Source: a virus. From it: a DNA stretch of 64,000 nucleotides. The notes under the pieces are model-generated. The model was not told where the DNA came from. It saw only the letters and a program-made list of their open reading frames with translations, and ran no database searches. Below, in pieces: positions 53,524 through 63,328 of the stretch. The stretch's first letter is position 1, and each line of letters opens with the position of its first letter. A program made the translations under genes and the position numbers. Location: positions 1-64,000 of the IMG/VR virus record IMGVR_UViG_3300049005_000030. One strand, 5' to 3'.

Positions 53524-53817
53524 CTAAAACAGCGTTCTTATTGGAAGTTCAGCCCCCAGTGGCAAGCCAGCTTGGATCCGGTCCAGGTCGTGCACGGCGT
53601 CCAGCAGCGCCAGCGTCAGCCGGCCGGCCTCCGTGGCCGGGTCGAGCGCTTCGACGCCACCCGGCAGCAGCAGACAGGCGGCCAGCATCTGCGCCGCGTC
53701 CACCACGCCGGACACCAGCCGCGCTACCGGGGGAGGTGGCGCGGCTGGTGATTGATCCATTGGATTGGCCAGACCGCCCTGCACCAGTCGAAGCTGCGGG
53801 CGGCCCGGCCCGTTCAT
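53524..53817 (-). CDS. hypothetical protein
   Basis: 97 aa, coupled to upstream gene. Confidence 0.55.
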   Translation of the reverse strand: MNGPGRPQLRLVQGGLANPMDQSPAAPPPPVARLVSGVVDAAQMLAACLLLPGGVEALDPATEAGRLTLALLDAVHDLDRIQAGLPLGAELPIRTLF

Positions 53818-54254
53818 CTCCCGCTCCCGTGCACTGCCGGGTCACCCGGTTCGGTCAGGGGATTGATCCACGGCACCGAGTCGTTCAGGTGGGCCAGGAT
53901 CTCCCGGGCGTGCTCCACCGTCTCCGCCCAGCCGACCAGCGCGCCGGCCTTCTGCCAGTCGATCAGCCGCTGGAACTGTCGCCCGTCGGGACGCTTGCCC
54001 GGTCGCTTCATCTCGATGGCCACCATGCGGCCCCGGCAGCAGGCCATGACGTCCGGGTGGCCGCCCTCGGCGCGGTGGTCGCCGCTGGTCTTGAAAGCGT
54101 ACGTGCACGGCAGGCTGTTCAACATCGCGATGACCTCGCGCGTGCGCGGCGTCTCCGACCGCCGGTCCCGCTCGGCCACCTTCTGCGCCCGCAGCGTCGG
54201 CGCCGGCCGCTCGTAGTCGTCGTCGTCGACCACCGTCATGAAGCCATCGGACAT
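53814..54254 (-). CDS. VRR-NUC / Holliday junction resolvase-like nuclease
   Basis: GHPDVMAC..G..VAIEMKRPG...Q; alternative start 54239. Confidence 0.85.
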   Translation of the reverse strand: MSDGFMTVVDDDDYERPAPTLRAQKVAERDRRSETPRTREVIAMLNSLPCTYAFKTSGDHRAEGGHPDVMACCRGRMVAIEMKRPGKRPDGRQFQRLIDWQKAGALVGWAETVEHAREILAHLNDSVPWINPLTEPGDPAVHGSGR

Positions 54255-56041
54255 GTCGGCAGCACCTCCAAGTCCGGGGGCAGCAGGTCGACGCGCTTGA
54301 TGAAGTTGCGCGGGTTGTCCGGCGCGAGCACCCGCAGCTCCTCGCGGGCCCGGGTGACCGCCACATAGAACAGCCGGCGCATCTGGTCGCGGCCATTGAT
54401 CGAGTCCAGCTGACCCACTCCGGCCGCCGACAGATCCGGGCTGACGTAGACCACGTCCGACACGCCACCCTTGACCGAGTGGATGGTGCCGATCAGCACA
54501 CGCGGGTTGTCGGCCAACGCGCGCACCCCGCGCTTGCGGACCACCTGCAACGGGAACGCGCACAGCTTGACCTTGCTGGCCATCAGCGCGCCCGCGAACC
54601 ACTCCGGATCCGCCGACAGCACCCGGTCCAGATCGAACTCGTCCAGCCCGGGGAACAGCGCGGTGACGTCCTGCTCGCTGATCTCCCCCTTGGGCAGCGC
54701 GTCCAGGCTGGACTTGAGACCCCGACGCAGACCGGCCTTCTTGGTGTCCAGCAGCGGCACGAACGCCCGCAGGTCCTCGCCGGTCCACAGCCGGCCACGC
54801 TCCCCCATGCCCTCATGCGGCAGCAGGTAGCGGCTGACCCGCTCGGCGGTGGACATGCCGTTGGCCGCGTTGAACGGGTTCCACCGGCTCTCGGACGGGC
54901 GCAGCGGGTTCCAGTACGGGATGCCGGCCTCCCGCAGGCCCCGGATCATCTGCTCCAGCATGTAGGTGCAGCTGGCTATGACCATGATCGTGCGGTCGGT
55001 GGCGAGCAGCTCGGCGTCAATCTCGCTGATCAGCTCGGCCGAGCCTAGCGACTGCGGCACCAGGTAGGCGGCGCCCTCGACCTTCACGCCGGTGTCGCGC
55101 ATCGCCGGCCGGCCATCCTCGTCGACCACCGGTTTGCCGTTGTGTAGCAGCGGCTCCAACACGGTGCGCGGGTTGTAGACCTTCTCCTGCCGGGCGCTGA
55201 TCCGGTGCACCCAGCGGTCGGCGATACGGTGCACCGCCCAGGGCACGCGGTGCGACTTGTCCAGCACCAGCCGGTCGACCTCGAACCCCTGGGATTCCAG
55301 GTCCAGCAGCAGCGTGGGATTCGCACCGCGCCATTCCATGATCGCCTGATCATCGTCCAGCGCGATCACCACCGACTTCGCCAGCCGACCCCAGGCCAAC
55401 ACCAGCTGCACTTCCAGCGCGGTCAGGTCCTGGCCTTCGTCGACCACCAGCACCATCGGGTTGCCGGGCGCCGGCTCTCCTGCACGGGCCAGCTCCAAGG
55501 CCAGCTCGATCATGTCGGTATAGTCGACCGCCTGCACCTCGTCCTTCCACTTGTGCCAGGCGGTGGCGAATGAGGCCAGGTCGGGCGGGTAGTCGGCGGG
55601 GTCCTCGCCCATCGCGCGAGCCTTGTCCAGCGACGAGATCAGGTCGTCGCCGCTGGCGGGCATGACGGTGTTGCCCCCGCCGCCCTCGGTCGCGGCGGCC
55701 GCGCTGGCGCGCCGGTTGTCCGGCGTGATGCGCCACTCCGAGCCAACGTCCTGGTTCCAGCCGGCGAGCACCTTCGGGTCCAGGGCGACGTCCAGACTGT
55801 GCCCGATGGCCCGGTAGGCCAGGCTGTGCAGAGTGCCCACGGCGCGGTCGGGAAGGCCGAGGCCGCGTCCGCTGATCTCACGGGCGGCGGTGACGGAGAA
55901 GCTGACGACGACCAGCGATTCGGGGCCGTGCTGCTCGACCACGCGGCGCACCTGATTGGTCAGGTAGTGGGTCTTGCCGGTGCCGGGCGGGCCGAACACA
56001 AGGTGAACTCGCCCCCTTGTGGATGCCTCGCTTTCGCTCAC
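54236..56041 (-). CDS. UvrD-like SF1 helicase
   Basis: GPPGTGKT, GTLHS, VVDEGQD, DDDQAI, SHR, TIHSVKG, FYVAVTRA. Confidence 0.9.
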   Translation of the reverse strand: MSESEASTRGRVHLVFGPPGTGKTHYLTNQVRRVVEQHGPESLVVVSFSVTAAREISGRGLGLPDRAVGTLHSLAYRAIGHSLDVALDPKVLAGWNQDVGSEWRITPDNRRASAAAATEGGGGNTVMPASGDDLISSLDKARAMGEDPADYPPDLASFATAWHKWKDEVQAVDYTDMIELALELARAGEPAPGNPMVLVVDEGQDLTALEVQLVLAWGRLAKSVVIALDDDQAIMEWRGANPTLLLDLESQGFEVDRLVLDKSHRVPWAVHRIADRWVHRISARQEKVYNPRTVLEPLLHNGKPVVDEDGRPAMRDTGVKVEGAAYLVPQSLGSAELISEIDAELLATDRTIMVIASCTYMLEQMIRGLREAGIPYWNPLRPSESRWNPFNAANGMSTAERVSRYLLPHEGMGERGRLWTGEDLRAFVPLLDTKKAGLRRGLKSSLDALPKGEISEQDVTALFPGLDEFDLDRVLSADPEWFAGALMASKVKLCAFPLQVVRKRGVRALADNPRVLIGTIHSVKGGVSDVVYVSPDLSAAGVGQLDSINGRDQMRRLFYVAVTRAREELRVLAPDNPRNFIKRVDLLPPDLEVLPTCPMAS

Positions 56042-56164
56042 GGTGTGTGTCCTCCAAGTGAATGCGGAACCGTCGTCACGACGGAAGATAACCCCGGATC
56101 GGGTGGACGTGCCAGGGCTTCCGGCGTGTCTTGCTTGCCTTGTGATGTCCTGTGTAGACGGCCT

Positions 56165-56938
56165 CTACGGGGCCTTGTTGGTCCACACGGGACAGAGGGA
56201 GACGAAGCGGCACGAGCCGCACACCGAGGGTGACGGGGTCGGTGTCCAGACGCGGTCCGACTCTGCCCGCTCGGCCGTTGACTCCACCCGAGCTAGCGCC
56301 TCGATCGCCGCCGACTCGGGAAACTCCACCAACACCTCGCGCGCCGAGATGATCGAGTAGAGCCCGGCCGTGACGGTGTGGACCCACGGCCAGCGCTGCG
56401 CCACCAACGCCCGGTAGACGCCCAGCTGGTCGTCGTCCAACAGGTCCTCGGCCGCCGGCAGAGACGACACGTTGCGGTACTTCCAGTCCCGCACATGCAC
56501 GCTGTCCCGGCCGGTCCGCAGCACCAGGTCGGCCGACACCGCCAGCGGCGTACCCCACGGGGCCGGGGCCTTCATGTCCAGTTCGACGCCCAGAATTGCC
56601 TTGGGGTGAGGAACGGGCAGTGCGTCCAGCGTGGACGCGACTCTGTCGAGCACCGCCGGCAGCGCGGCCTCGTCGGCTGTCTGGATGCCCAGCGCCTCCC
56701 ACTTCGCGGTGACCGCGTCCAGCGCCTCGCCCTGGTAGCGCGACATCAAACCGGGCAGGTAGCCGGGAAAGGTCGCCGCCGACCGGTACGCCTGCTCCAA
56801 CCCGGCGTGCGCGGCCGTGCCGACCAGCAGGTGCGAGGCCATGCGGCTGGTCGGTGTCGCGCCGTTGACGTGCCGGAACCACCACTGGCGCGGACAGTCC
56901 CGATACATCCGCGCCTGCGACGGCGACCACGAACGCAT
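56165..56938 (-). CDS. PD-(D/E)XK RecB-like exonuclease
   Basis: WSPSQ...CP, GTAAH, ADLV...DWK, QLGVY, CGSCRFVSLCP. Confidence 0.9.
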   Translation of the reverse strand: MRSWSPSQARMYRDCPRQWWFRHVNGATPTSRMASHLLVGTAAHAGLEQAYRSAATFPGYLPGLMSRYQGEALDAVTAKWEALGIQTADEAALPAVLDRVASTLDALPVPHPKAILGVELDMKAPAPWGTPLAVSADLVLRTGRDSVHVRDWKYRNVSSLPAAEDLLDDDQLGVYRALVAQRWPWVHTVTAGLYSIISAREVLVEFPESAAIEALARVESTAERAESDRVWTPTPSPSVCGSCRFVSLCPVWTNKAP

Positions 56939-57189
56939 CAGCGGAACTCGGAGGTGTCGGGGGTGATGTCGGCCTGGGCTTCGTTCTGCTCGAACGGCGA
57001 CTCGTAGGACAGGTTGTCGCCGTCCACGCTGATCTCTCGGATTCTGCCGATGCCCTTCAGTCGCACGGTGATGATGCTGCGGCCGGACAGCTGCGCCGCA
57101 CGAGCCTGCGCCACCACCTTCTCCAACTCGTCCAGGTTCATCTGTCCCACGATCTTGGGGCTAATGACGATCTTCACGGGTCCTCCCAC
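56938..57189 (-). CDS. hypothetical protein
   Basis: coupled to nuclease gene. Confidence 0.6.
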   Translation of the reverse strand: MGGPVKIVISPKIVGQMNLDELEKVVAQARAAQLSGRSIITVRLKGIGRIREISVDGDNLSYESPFEQNEAQADITPDTSEFR

Positions 57190-57401
57190 AGTGTCGTTTG
57201 GTTTGGGTCGGGCGGCGCCGGCTTCTTCGGTGGCCGGGGAATGCCGCCGCGCGCGTCCAGCTCGGCCGCCAACTCGGACTGTGCTTTGAGCAGCCGGGAC
57301 ATATCGTCCGCGCTGTAGTAGACAAACTCCTCAGTGGACAGCGAACGGCAGGCAGCGGCGGCCCACCTCGCGATGAGTCGCCGTGCCTGCCGTTGATCCA
57401 T
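57174..57401 (-). CDS. hypothetical protein
   Basis: 75 aa within operon. Confidence 0.6.
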   Translation of the reverse strand: MDQRQARRLIARWAAAACRSLSTEEFVYYSADDMSRLLKAQSELAAELDARGGIPRPPKKPAPPDPNQTTLWEDP

Positions 57402-57402
57402 T

Positions 57403-57663
57403 TCAGCTCACCCGGAGCATCTGGTAAGACCAGGTGTCGCCCGGCTCGTTCGGAAACCGGTTCTCTACCTCGCACTCGTCACGGTCGGCCTGGGTGATGT
57501 GGCCGCGTCCGCAGGTCACACACAGGCAGTCGCCGCAGCACAGCTTGCCGTCGCCGTCGTCGCACACGACGCCATCCAGAATGGGGACGGCCTCGGCCAG
57601 CGCCTCGAAGTTCTGGCCGCAGAACGAGCAGTTGGCGGTGGCGCGAACGATGGTGCGCTGCAT
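57403..57663 (-). CDS. Cys-rich small protein
   Basis: CSFC, CCGDCLCVTC; GGAGG RBS. Confidence 0.7.
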   Translation of the reverse strand: MQRTIVRATANCSFCGQNFEALAEAVPILDGVVCDDGDGKLCCGDCLCVTCGRGHITQADRDECEVENRFPNEPGDTWSYQMLRVS

Positions 57664-57696
57664 TGGTACCTCCGGGGCTTGAGCGGAACAAGGTGA

Positions 57697-57726
57697 AGCT
57701 TAGCCGGCAACAGGGCGGCTAGTCAA
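57697..57726 (-). promoter_or_regulatory. repeated promoter/operator copy
   Basis: TTGACT-agccgccctgttgccggc-TAAGCT-tcacctt-GTTCCGC. Confidence 0.85.
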
Positions 57727-57996
57727 CTCCCCGTTTCTGGCCAGCCTCGCCAGCACCGGCCACCGTCCCGCCAGCCGCGCATCCCGGTACCGGGCCAGAA
57801 ACAACGCCGTGGCCGGATCCGCTTCCTGCTCCGCGCGCGCCCGCTCCATCAGCTCCCGGAACGAGACCACCTCGCGATACGCCACCACGGCCGCCGCCTG
57901 GTCGAGCCCCTCACGGCGTCGGCGCACAGCGCCAACGGTCACCGCGCCACCCGTCAGCAGCCAGCCGAGAACGGCCGTGGTCAACTCGGCGCTCAC
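57700..57996 (-). CDS. hypothetical membrane-anchored protein
   Basis: GTGA coupling with exonuclease gene. Confidence 0.5.
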   Translation of the reverse strand: MSAELTTAVLGWLLTGGAVTVGAVRRRREGLDQAAAVVAYREVVSFRELMERARAEQEADPATALFLARYRDARLAGRWPVLARLARNGELTSRPVAG

Positions 57997-58748
57997 GCGT
58001 GCGGCCATGGCGTGTGCTCGGCCCGCAACAGCCGCGCCGTCACCAGGGCCTCCACCACATCGTCGGCGGCGCGGTGTGCGACCAGGGTTGCCAGGTTGAA
58101 CTCGCCGGGGCCGAGCGCGTCCTTGAGCAGGTGCGTGCACACGTCGTCGATCACACCGGCCTGGCAGGCCACCACCTCGAACGGCTGGCCGTTAAGGCCG
58201 TACTGCAACACCGGCGTCTGGATGCCCAGCACACGGGCGGCCACCGAGACGTCGTGCTGAAAGTAGGCCACCTTAAACATCGGGTTCGGATCGTCGACCA
58301 TGTCAAAACCCATCACACGGTGAGCCGCCAGCACACGGTTGTCGAAGTGGCTCACGCCCCGGCCGCACAGCACGATGCGGCACTTGTCGGTGGTGCTAGA
58401 GATCTGGTCGGCCGCCTCTTCGAAATCGTCGGCGATCAGCCGGTGCAGTTCGGCGGCGTGCCCCAGGCGACTGGTGTGGGGAGCACTCAGCCACTGATCC
58501 CGGAGTCCGGACGCGTGATGCATGTCGCGGACGACGGGCTTCAGATTGATCCAGTCCACGAGCCTGCCCTGAAAAGCGGGCAGCGCCTCGGCGCCGCGCC
58601 TGGGCAGCAGATTGGTGTAGCGGCTGCGCAGCGGCGTCACCATGGACAGCTCGCTGGTGGTGAAACACCAGGCGCATTCCAGCACGGTGTCCGCGTCGGG
58701 GTCCAGGCCGGTCGTCTCGAAGTCGAGCCACAGGAAAAGGTCAGGCAC
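57993..58748 (-). CDS. DEDDh exonuclease, oligoribonuclease-like
   Basis: WLDFETTGLD, MHHASGL, G..V.FD, DVS, HRAADD. Confidence 0.85.
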   Translation of the reverse strand: MPDLFLWLDFETTGLDPDADTVLECAWCFTTSELSMVTPLRSRYTNLLPRRGAEALPAFQGRLVDWINLKPVVRDMHHASGLRDQWLSAPHTSRLGHAAELHRLIADDFEEAADQISSTTDKCRIVLCGRGVSHFDNRVLAAHRVMGFDMVDDPNPMFKVAYFQHDVSVAARVLGIQTPVLQYGLNGQPFEVVACQAGVIDDVCTHLLKDALGPGEFNLATLVAHRAADDVVEALVTARLLRAEHTPWPHA

Positions 58749-59055
58749 GCGATCGGGTCCTTTCGGGGTCGGACGGCACGATCTCGTGGTGGCGCTGTTC
58801 GATGTCGAACAGCCACGGCCGCACCATCGTGGTCAGGCGGACCACACCCCTTGTGGCGATCATGAAGGCCGACCACAGCGACAGCACGATGGTGCCCAGC
58901 ATCATCAGCGGGTTGACGCCGGTGATCGGCGCGACCAGCGCGTAGATGGCAAGGCCCAGGCCGACGGCCAGAGCGGAGGCCAGGACTCCGGCGACGATGT
59001 CCAGTCGGTCGTTGCCGGGGTGGCGGCCGCCGCGTGAAGCGGTCATGCGCGTCAT
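58741..59055 (-). CDS. two-TM membrane protein
   Basis: GAGGGAG RBS, first gene after promoter 59090-59119. Confidence 0.65.
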   Translation of the reverse strand: MTRMTASRGGRHPGNDRLDIVAGVLASALAVGLGLAIYALVAPITGVNPLMMLGTIVLSLWSAFMIATRGVVRLTTMVRPWLFDIEQRHHEIVPSDPERTRSRA

Positions 59056-59089
59056 GGAGTTGTCTCCCTCGGGTTGCGGAACCAGGGGT

Positions 59090-59119
59090 AAATTAGCCGA
59101 CTCCACGGCGGCTTGTCAA
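59090..59119 (-). promoter_or_regulatory. repeated promoter/operator copy
   Basis: TTGACA-agccgccgtggagtcggc-TAATTT, then GTTCCGC. Confidence 0.85.
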
Positions 59120-59955
59120 CGTCGACGCATCCCCTTGGGGAGTGAACGGCGGCGCGGAGTCTTGGTGAAATGCTCCGGTACCGCCAGGTCGCCCGGGTAG
59201 GGCGGATCGTCCGGCCACCGGCGCGGATCCGCCGTCTCGCCCGCCTTCACGCACTCCTGGCACCGACCGGCCACCGTCACGCACCCCGGCCAGGACAGCC
59301 GGTCGCAGCCGGCGCACTTCCCCCACTCCGACCGCCGCGACGACCATGCCCAGCGCGGGCTGCCCGGCGTCGGCGCGTCGCCCCAGGCGTCGCTGCACGC
59401 GCCGTCCGGGCCGACCACCACCGCGCCGACCGCGAACGTGCCGCCGATGGCCACCGGGTAGCCGCGCCCGGCGATCAGCTCCCACGAGCGGCACACCTTC
59501 CGGGCGTGCGCCTCGTTCGTTCCCGCCGGCACCGCGAGATGCCCCAGGTTCGTCTCGGCCAGCGCCACCCACGGCGCGCCCTCCGGCATCCCGGCAACGA
59601 AGTACGGCGACCCCGCGCCGGCCGGATACCGCGCGTCCGGGGACAGCGGGGCGACCTGGGTGGCCTCCACCGCCGCGCGGCGGCGGCCGTAGGCGCCTCG
59701 GCCGGCCGCCTTCAGCGTCACCGGCTCGTGCTCGGGTTCCTCCCCCGCCAGCACCGCGCGCCAGTGATCGAACAGCCGGCCCACGCACGCCTCGTGCAGC
59801 GGGTACAGCTGGCCGTCGGCGGCGTGCCAGTGCCATGCGGTGCGGTGGCAGGCGCAGCACGGTGCGGCCAGCCCGTGCCGCAGTCCCTTCACCACGTCCA
59901 GCGCCAGCACCGCCAGCGTGCCGGCATCGTCTTGGGGGACAGTCGGCCACGCCAT
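59116..59955 (-). CDS. hypothetical protein with two Cys/His clusters
   Basis: CCACH...LHEAC; CAGC...CQEC; TGATG coupling. Confidence 0.65.
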   Translation of the reverse strand: MAWPTVPQDDAGTLAVLALDVVKGLRHGLAAPCCACHRTAWHWHAADGQLYPLHEACVGRLFDHWRAVLAGEEPEHEPVTLKAAGRGAYGRRRAAVEATQVAPLSPDARYPAGAGSPYFVAGMPEGAPWVALAETNLGHLAVPAGTNEAHARKVCRSWELIAGRGYPVAIGGTFAVGAVVVGPDGACSDAWGDAPTPGSPRWAWSSRRSEWGKCAGCDRLSWPGCVTVAGRCQECVKAGETADPRRWPDDPPYPGDLAVPEHFTKTPRRRSLPKGMRRR

Positions 59956-62240
59956 CAGCCCACCGTCCGATCCGCGCCCAGCGACACGCCACCCTTGGCC
60001 GGGTCGTCGACCGCGTGCAGGCCGCGCTTCCCTATCGTGCGCTCGTAGGACGGGCGTATCATCTCGATAATCGCAGCCCATTCGGCTTTTGAGAACTGCC
60101 CAGCATCCACCTTGTACCAGGTACGTCGGCTGGACATTCCGGGCGTAGAGATACGTATGCGCTCCGGATTCAGCCGCAAAAGGTCGATAATGTCCACACT
60201 GTTACGTCCGATTACGGCACCGGCCTGCGATCTACAATAGGCGAGAAACACCTTTTTGTTGATATAGATATCCGGCGGCGTAGCGGGAAGCCAGTTGTTG
60301 GTCTCGCGGATCCACGGCTTGCCGAGCGAGCCGACCTCGTTGGGCTCACCGGTGCCGTGGATGTCCATCAGGTAGCTGAACAGCCACTCATGCGCGAAGT
60401 GGGCCAGGTCGCCCTCGGAGGAGTCGCGACGGATGACGGTCCCCAGGGTGCGAATGCACTGCTTCCAGTCCTCTTTGGGCCCATCCTCGCGAGCGATGAT
60501 CATAATGTCGCGCTGGATGGCCTTGATAAACCCCCCAGGGCTGTCGAACATGTCACGACGCCACCACTCGGTCGGCAACAACCGACCGGGCCGGTAACGG
60601 CTGGGCCGGTCAGTCGGCCACTCCATGTCTATCGGCATCCGCAGCAGCAATCGAACAAGCTGGTTCGAACCGTAGTCCCGTCCTTCGAAGCGCCAGACTC
60701 GCACACCGCGCTGAATATATGCCTTGTCGATCAGAAGGTCAGTCAAAATGTCGAGGTTCGCGGCTTCCAGGCTGGTGCGCTCCGGGAACGCCTCGAACGG
60801 ATTGCCGGGATCGGCGTCCGGGGCGACCGGGGTGGGCGGCGGCGCCACTCCGATCGCGTCGGCGACCACGACCTGTTCGGCGGCGATCGCGGCCTTGACC
60901 TCGGCGGGCTGGACGTCCTCGATCAGCTCGGCGGTGAACGCGGCGAACACGGCCTCAGCCTCGGCCGGGTCGCCGTGTCCGTTGGCGATCGCCATCACCG
61001 GCTCCGGCCGCACCTGCGCCGGCACCGCCAAGGTCAGCCCGGCCGCCCCGGTGATGCGCTGGTCAGCCTGGTCTCGGACGGCGGCCGCGTGCGCGGCGGT
61101 GGCCTGAAACTTGGCCACCGTCCGCGTGATGTAGTCCAGCCGTCGGCGCGGGTCCACCTTGTCGGTGTTGGCCCCGGCGGTGCGCAGCCGGCGGCACATG
61201 ACGGCCTCGATCAGGGCTTCGGTGTCCACCCCGTCGAACTCGCCCAGCAGCCTGGTCAGCGCCGCGTCGTAGCGGTTCTGGTCGTCCTTGAGGTCGGGGC
61301 GCTGCCCCTGCCAGGTGGCGATCAGCTTCTTGCCGACGTCATCGGCCTCGGCGGCCAACGCCAGGATCTCGGCCAGCCACGGCGGCGTGTAGTCGGCCGC
61401 CTTGTAGGTGGGTGAGGTGACCCGCGCCCACACGGCCGCGAAGTTGACGGCCTTGACCATCTCGCGCTCAACCTCGGACAGCGTCGCCGAGGTCTGGCCG
61501 AGCACGGGCGTGGAGTAGGCGGCCAGCACCGAGGCGTCGGGCAGGTACTCGTCGAAGTCGTCCGGGTCGTAGCGGGCATCCTCGTCCAGCCGCAGGATCT
61601 CCACCCGGCGCGGGTTGTCGGAGATCTTGCGGTTGGTGGTGCCGGCCGGGCGCATCAGCCGCGCCAGGTCGAACACCGAGTCGACTTTCCAGCGGCCCAA
61701 GGTCTCGGCGTGGAACCTCGCGGTCGCGTTCCACTCGGCCACCAGGGCGGCCATGCGCGCGCGCTCGGCGTCCGGGTCGGCGGCGTCGCGGGTCAGCCAC
61801 GGCTCCCGCAGCAGCCACCACACCTGCAACCCGCCACCGGAGTGCACCACCATCGTCGGCGGCAACCGCATCGCGTCCACGATGCGCAGCGCCGACTCGA
61901 CCGTGGCCGGATAGTGCTCACCCGCGTGGCCGGGCCCCAGGATGTCGATGTCCAGCCACAGGCCGGTAATGCCGGCGATCTCGTCGGCACGCGGCCTGGT
62001 CTTGTCCTCGCCCACGCGGTCGGACAGTCCCGTTCCCACGTAGACGGCGGTGGTTCCCTCGCGCTCGTCCAGTTCGGCGATGAGAGACGCAACGGCGCCG
62101 GGCTGATCCGCCCGGCGCCACTGCGTCCGCTTGCTCGATAGTTCCCAAACCGTCGCATACAGACCCGACAGCCGGTCATCGCCATCGTGCCCGCCGAACA
62201 GTGCCGAGCAGAACCGGGTGGCCTGCTCGGCGCGGCTCAT
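59955..62240 (-). CDS. RepB-primase/AEP-like replication protein
   Basis: LWLDID, PTMVVHSGGGLQVWW, DLARLMRPAGTTN. Confidence 0.8.
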   Translation of the reverse strand: MSRAEQATRFCSALFGGHDGDDRLSGLYATVWELSSKRTQWRRADQPGAVASLIAELDEREGTTAVYVGTGLSDRVGEDKTRPRADEIAGITGLWLDIDILGPGHAGEHYPATVESALRIVDAMRLPPTMVVHSGGGLQVWWLLREPWLTRDAADPDAERARMAALVAEWNATARFHAETLGRWKVDSVFDLARLMRPAGTTNRKISDNPRRVEILRLDEDARYDPDDFDEYLPDASVLAAYSTPVLGQTSATLSEVEREMVKAVNFAAVWARVTSPTYKAADYTPPWLAEILALAAEADDVGKKLIATWQGQRPDLKDDQNRYDAALTRLLGEFDGVDTEALIEAVMCRRLRTAGANTDKVDPRRRLDYITRTVAKFQATAAHAAAVRDQADQRITGAAGLTLAVPAQVRPEPVMAIANGHGDPAEAEAVFAAFTAELIEDVQPAEVKAAIAAEQVVVADAIGVAPPPTPVAPDADPGNPFEAFPERTSLEAANLDILTDLLIDKAYIQRGVRVWRFEGRDYGSNQLVRLLLRMPIDMEWPTDRPSRYRPGRLLPTEWWRRDMFDSPGGFIKAIQRDIMIIAREDGPKEDWKQCIRTLGTVIRRDSSEGDLAHFAHEWLFSYLMDIHGTGEPNEVGSLGKPWIRETNNWLPATPPDIYINKKVFLAYCRSQAGAVIGRNSVDIIDLLRLNPERIRISTPGMSSRRTWYKVDAGQFSKAEWAAIIEMIRPSYERTIGKRGLHAVDDPAKGGVSLGADRTVG

Positions 62241-63148
62241 GCGGTCGTGACCACCTCGTCGTCATCCAGCGAGATGCCGGCCTCGGCCGCCACCGTGCCG
62301 GACCCGTTGACACCGCCGGTCTCGGCGGCGACCTCTTCGGCGGCGGCCTGGGTGGCCACGCTGTTGAGGATGGGCAGCATCAGGTTGCCGACCTCGATGG
62401 CGACCTGCTTGGCGGCCTTGCCCAGGTCCTCGCCCTGGGTGAACACGATGGTGTAGAAGGCGGGGACGCCCTCCTTCTTGACCTTCACCAGCGTCAGCTC
62501 GGTGACGACCTGGGCAACGCCCTTGAGCCGCTTGAACAGCGTGGCCCGGTAGTTCTTCAGAGCCTTCAGCGAAGTGCGCGGCACCTGGACGAACCAGGGG
62601 AACGCCTCGCCCTCGACCATGAGCAGCACGGCGGTCTGGTCCTTGCAGGCCGGCGGGATCCGCTCGCCGTTGGGGCCGTCGTTCCACTGGCCCATCGGAC
62701 AGTCGACGCACAGACCGGAGGGGTTGCCCTCGCTGTCCTTGGCGTACAGGCCGATACCGGTCACCCCGTCACGGCTGAAGCAGTCGGGGGCCGCGCCGGT
62801 GACCTCGGCGGACTCCCAGTAGTTCTTCCGCTCCTGCCAGGCGACGATGACGCCCTTGAGCAGCTTCTCCGCCGTGGTGTCGTCGCCGTCGACGACGGAG
62901 AACATGGCCGCGCCGTCGCCGCTGGGGACCTTGACCCGGGTCAGGTTGCTGACCGACAGGTTCTCGCCCTCGCGGAAGTTCTCCGCCAGCAGCTCGGTCA
63001 TCTCGCCGGCCATCTCCGGGTCGAGCGCCGGAAAGCGTTCGATGATGTCGGCCGGCACGGTGCCCGGGTCGCGGCGGGCCACGGCGGTGGTGGTGGGCGT
63101 GCCGCCGGTGGGCGGCGCGGCCACGGTGTCGATCGGGAACTCAGTCAT
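62237..63148 (-). CDS. putative ssDNA-binding protein with Zn motif
   Basis: VKVPSG, PDCFSRDG, CVDCP, ACK, VPRTSL; acidic tail. Confidence 0.6.
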   Translation of the reverse strand: MTEFPIDTVAAPPTGGTPTTTAVARRDPGTVPADIIERFPALDPEMAGEMTELLAENFREGENLSVSNLTRVKVPSGDGAAMFSVVDGDDTTAEKLLKGVIVAWQERKNYWESAEVTGAAPDCFSRDGVTGIGLYAKDSEGNPSGLCVDCPMGQWNDGPNGERIPPACKDQTAVLLMVEGEAFPWFVQVPRTSLKALKNYRATLFKRLKGVAQVVTELTLVKVKKEGVPAFYTIVFTQGEDLGKAAKQVAIEVGNLMLPILNSVATQAAAEEVAAETGGVNGSGTVAAEAGISLDDDEVVTTA

Positions 63149-63328
63149 GATGGGGATGCCTCTCCTGTTCTGGTTGTGCATGGACCGTCTGGGTGATCAT
63201 CGCGTCGTCTGCGATGTCGATCACCAGGCGCTAGGGTCCGGGCGCCGGTCGAGCCTAGCCCCGGAAACCGGTGGCCCCGGCCCGCGCCACGCGAGGCGGG
63301 CGCGTCACGGACTGGAAACCCCGGGGTC

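Noticed and set aside
56165-56938. Cas4
   Set aside because: PD-(D/E)XK nuclease beside a helicase in a phage replication operon, with no CRISPR context.
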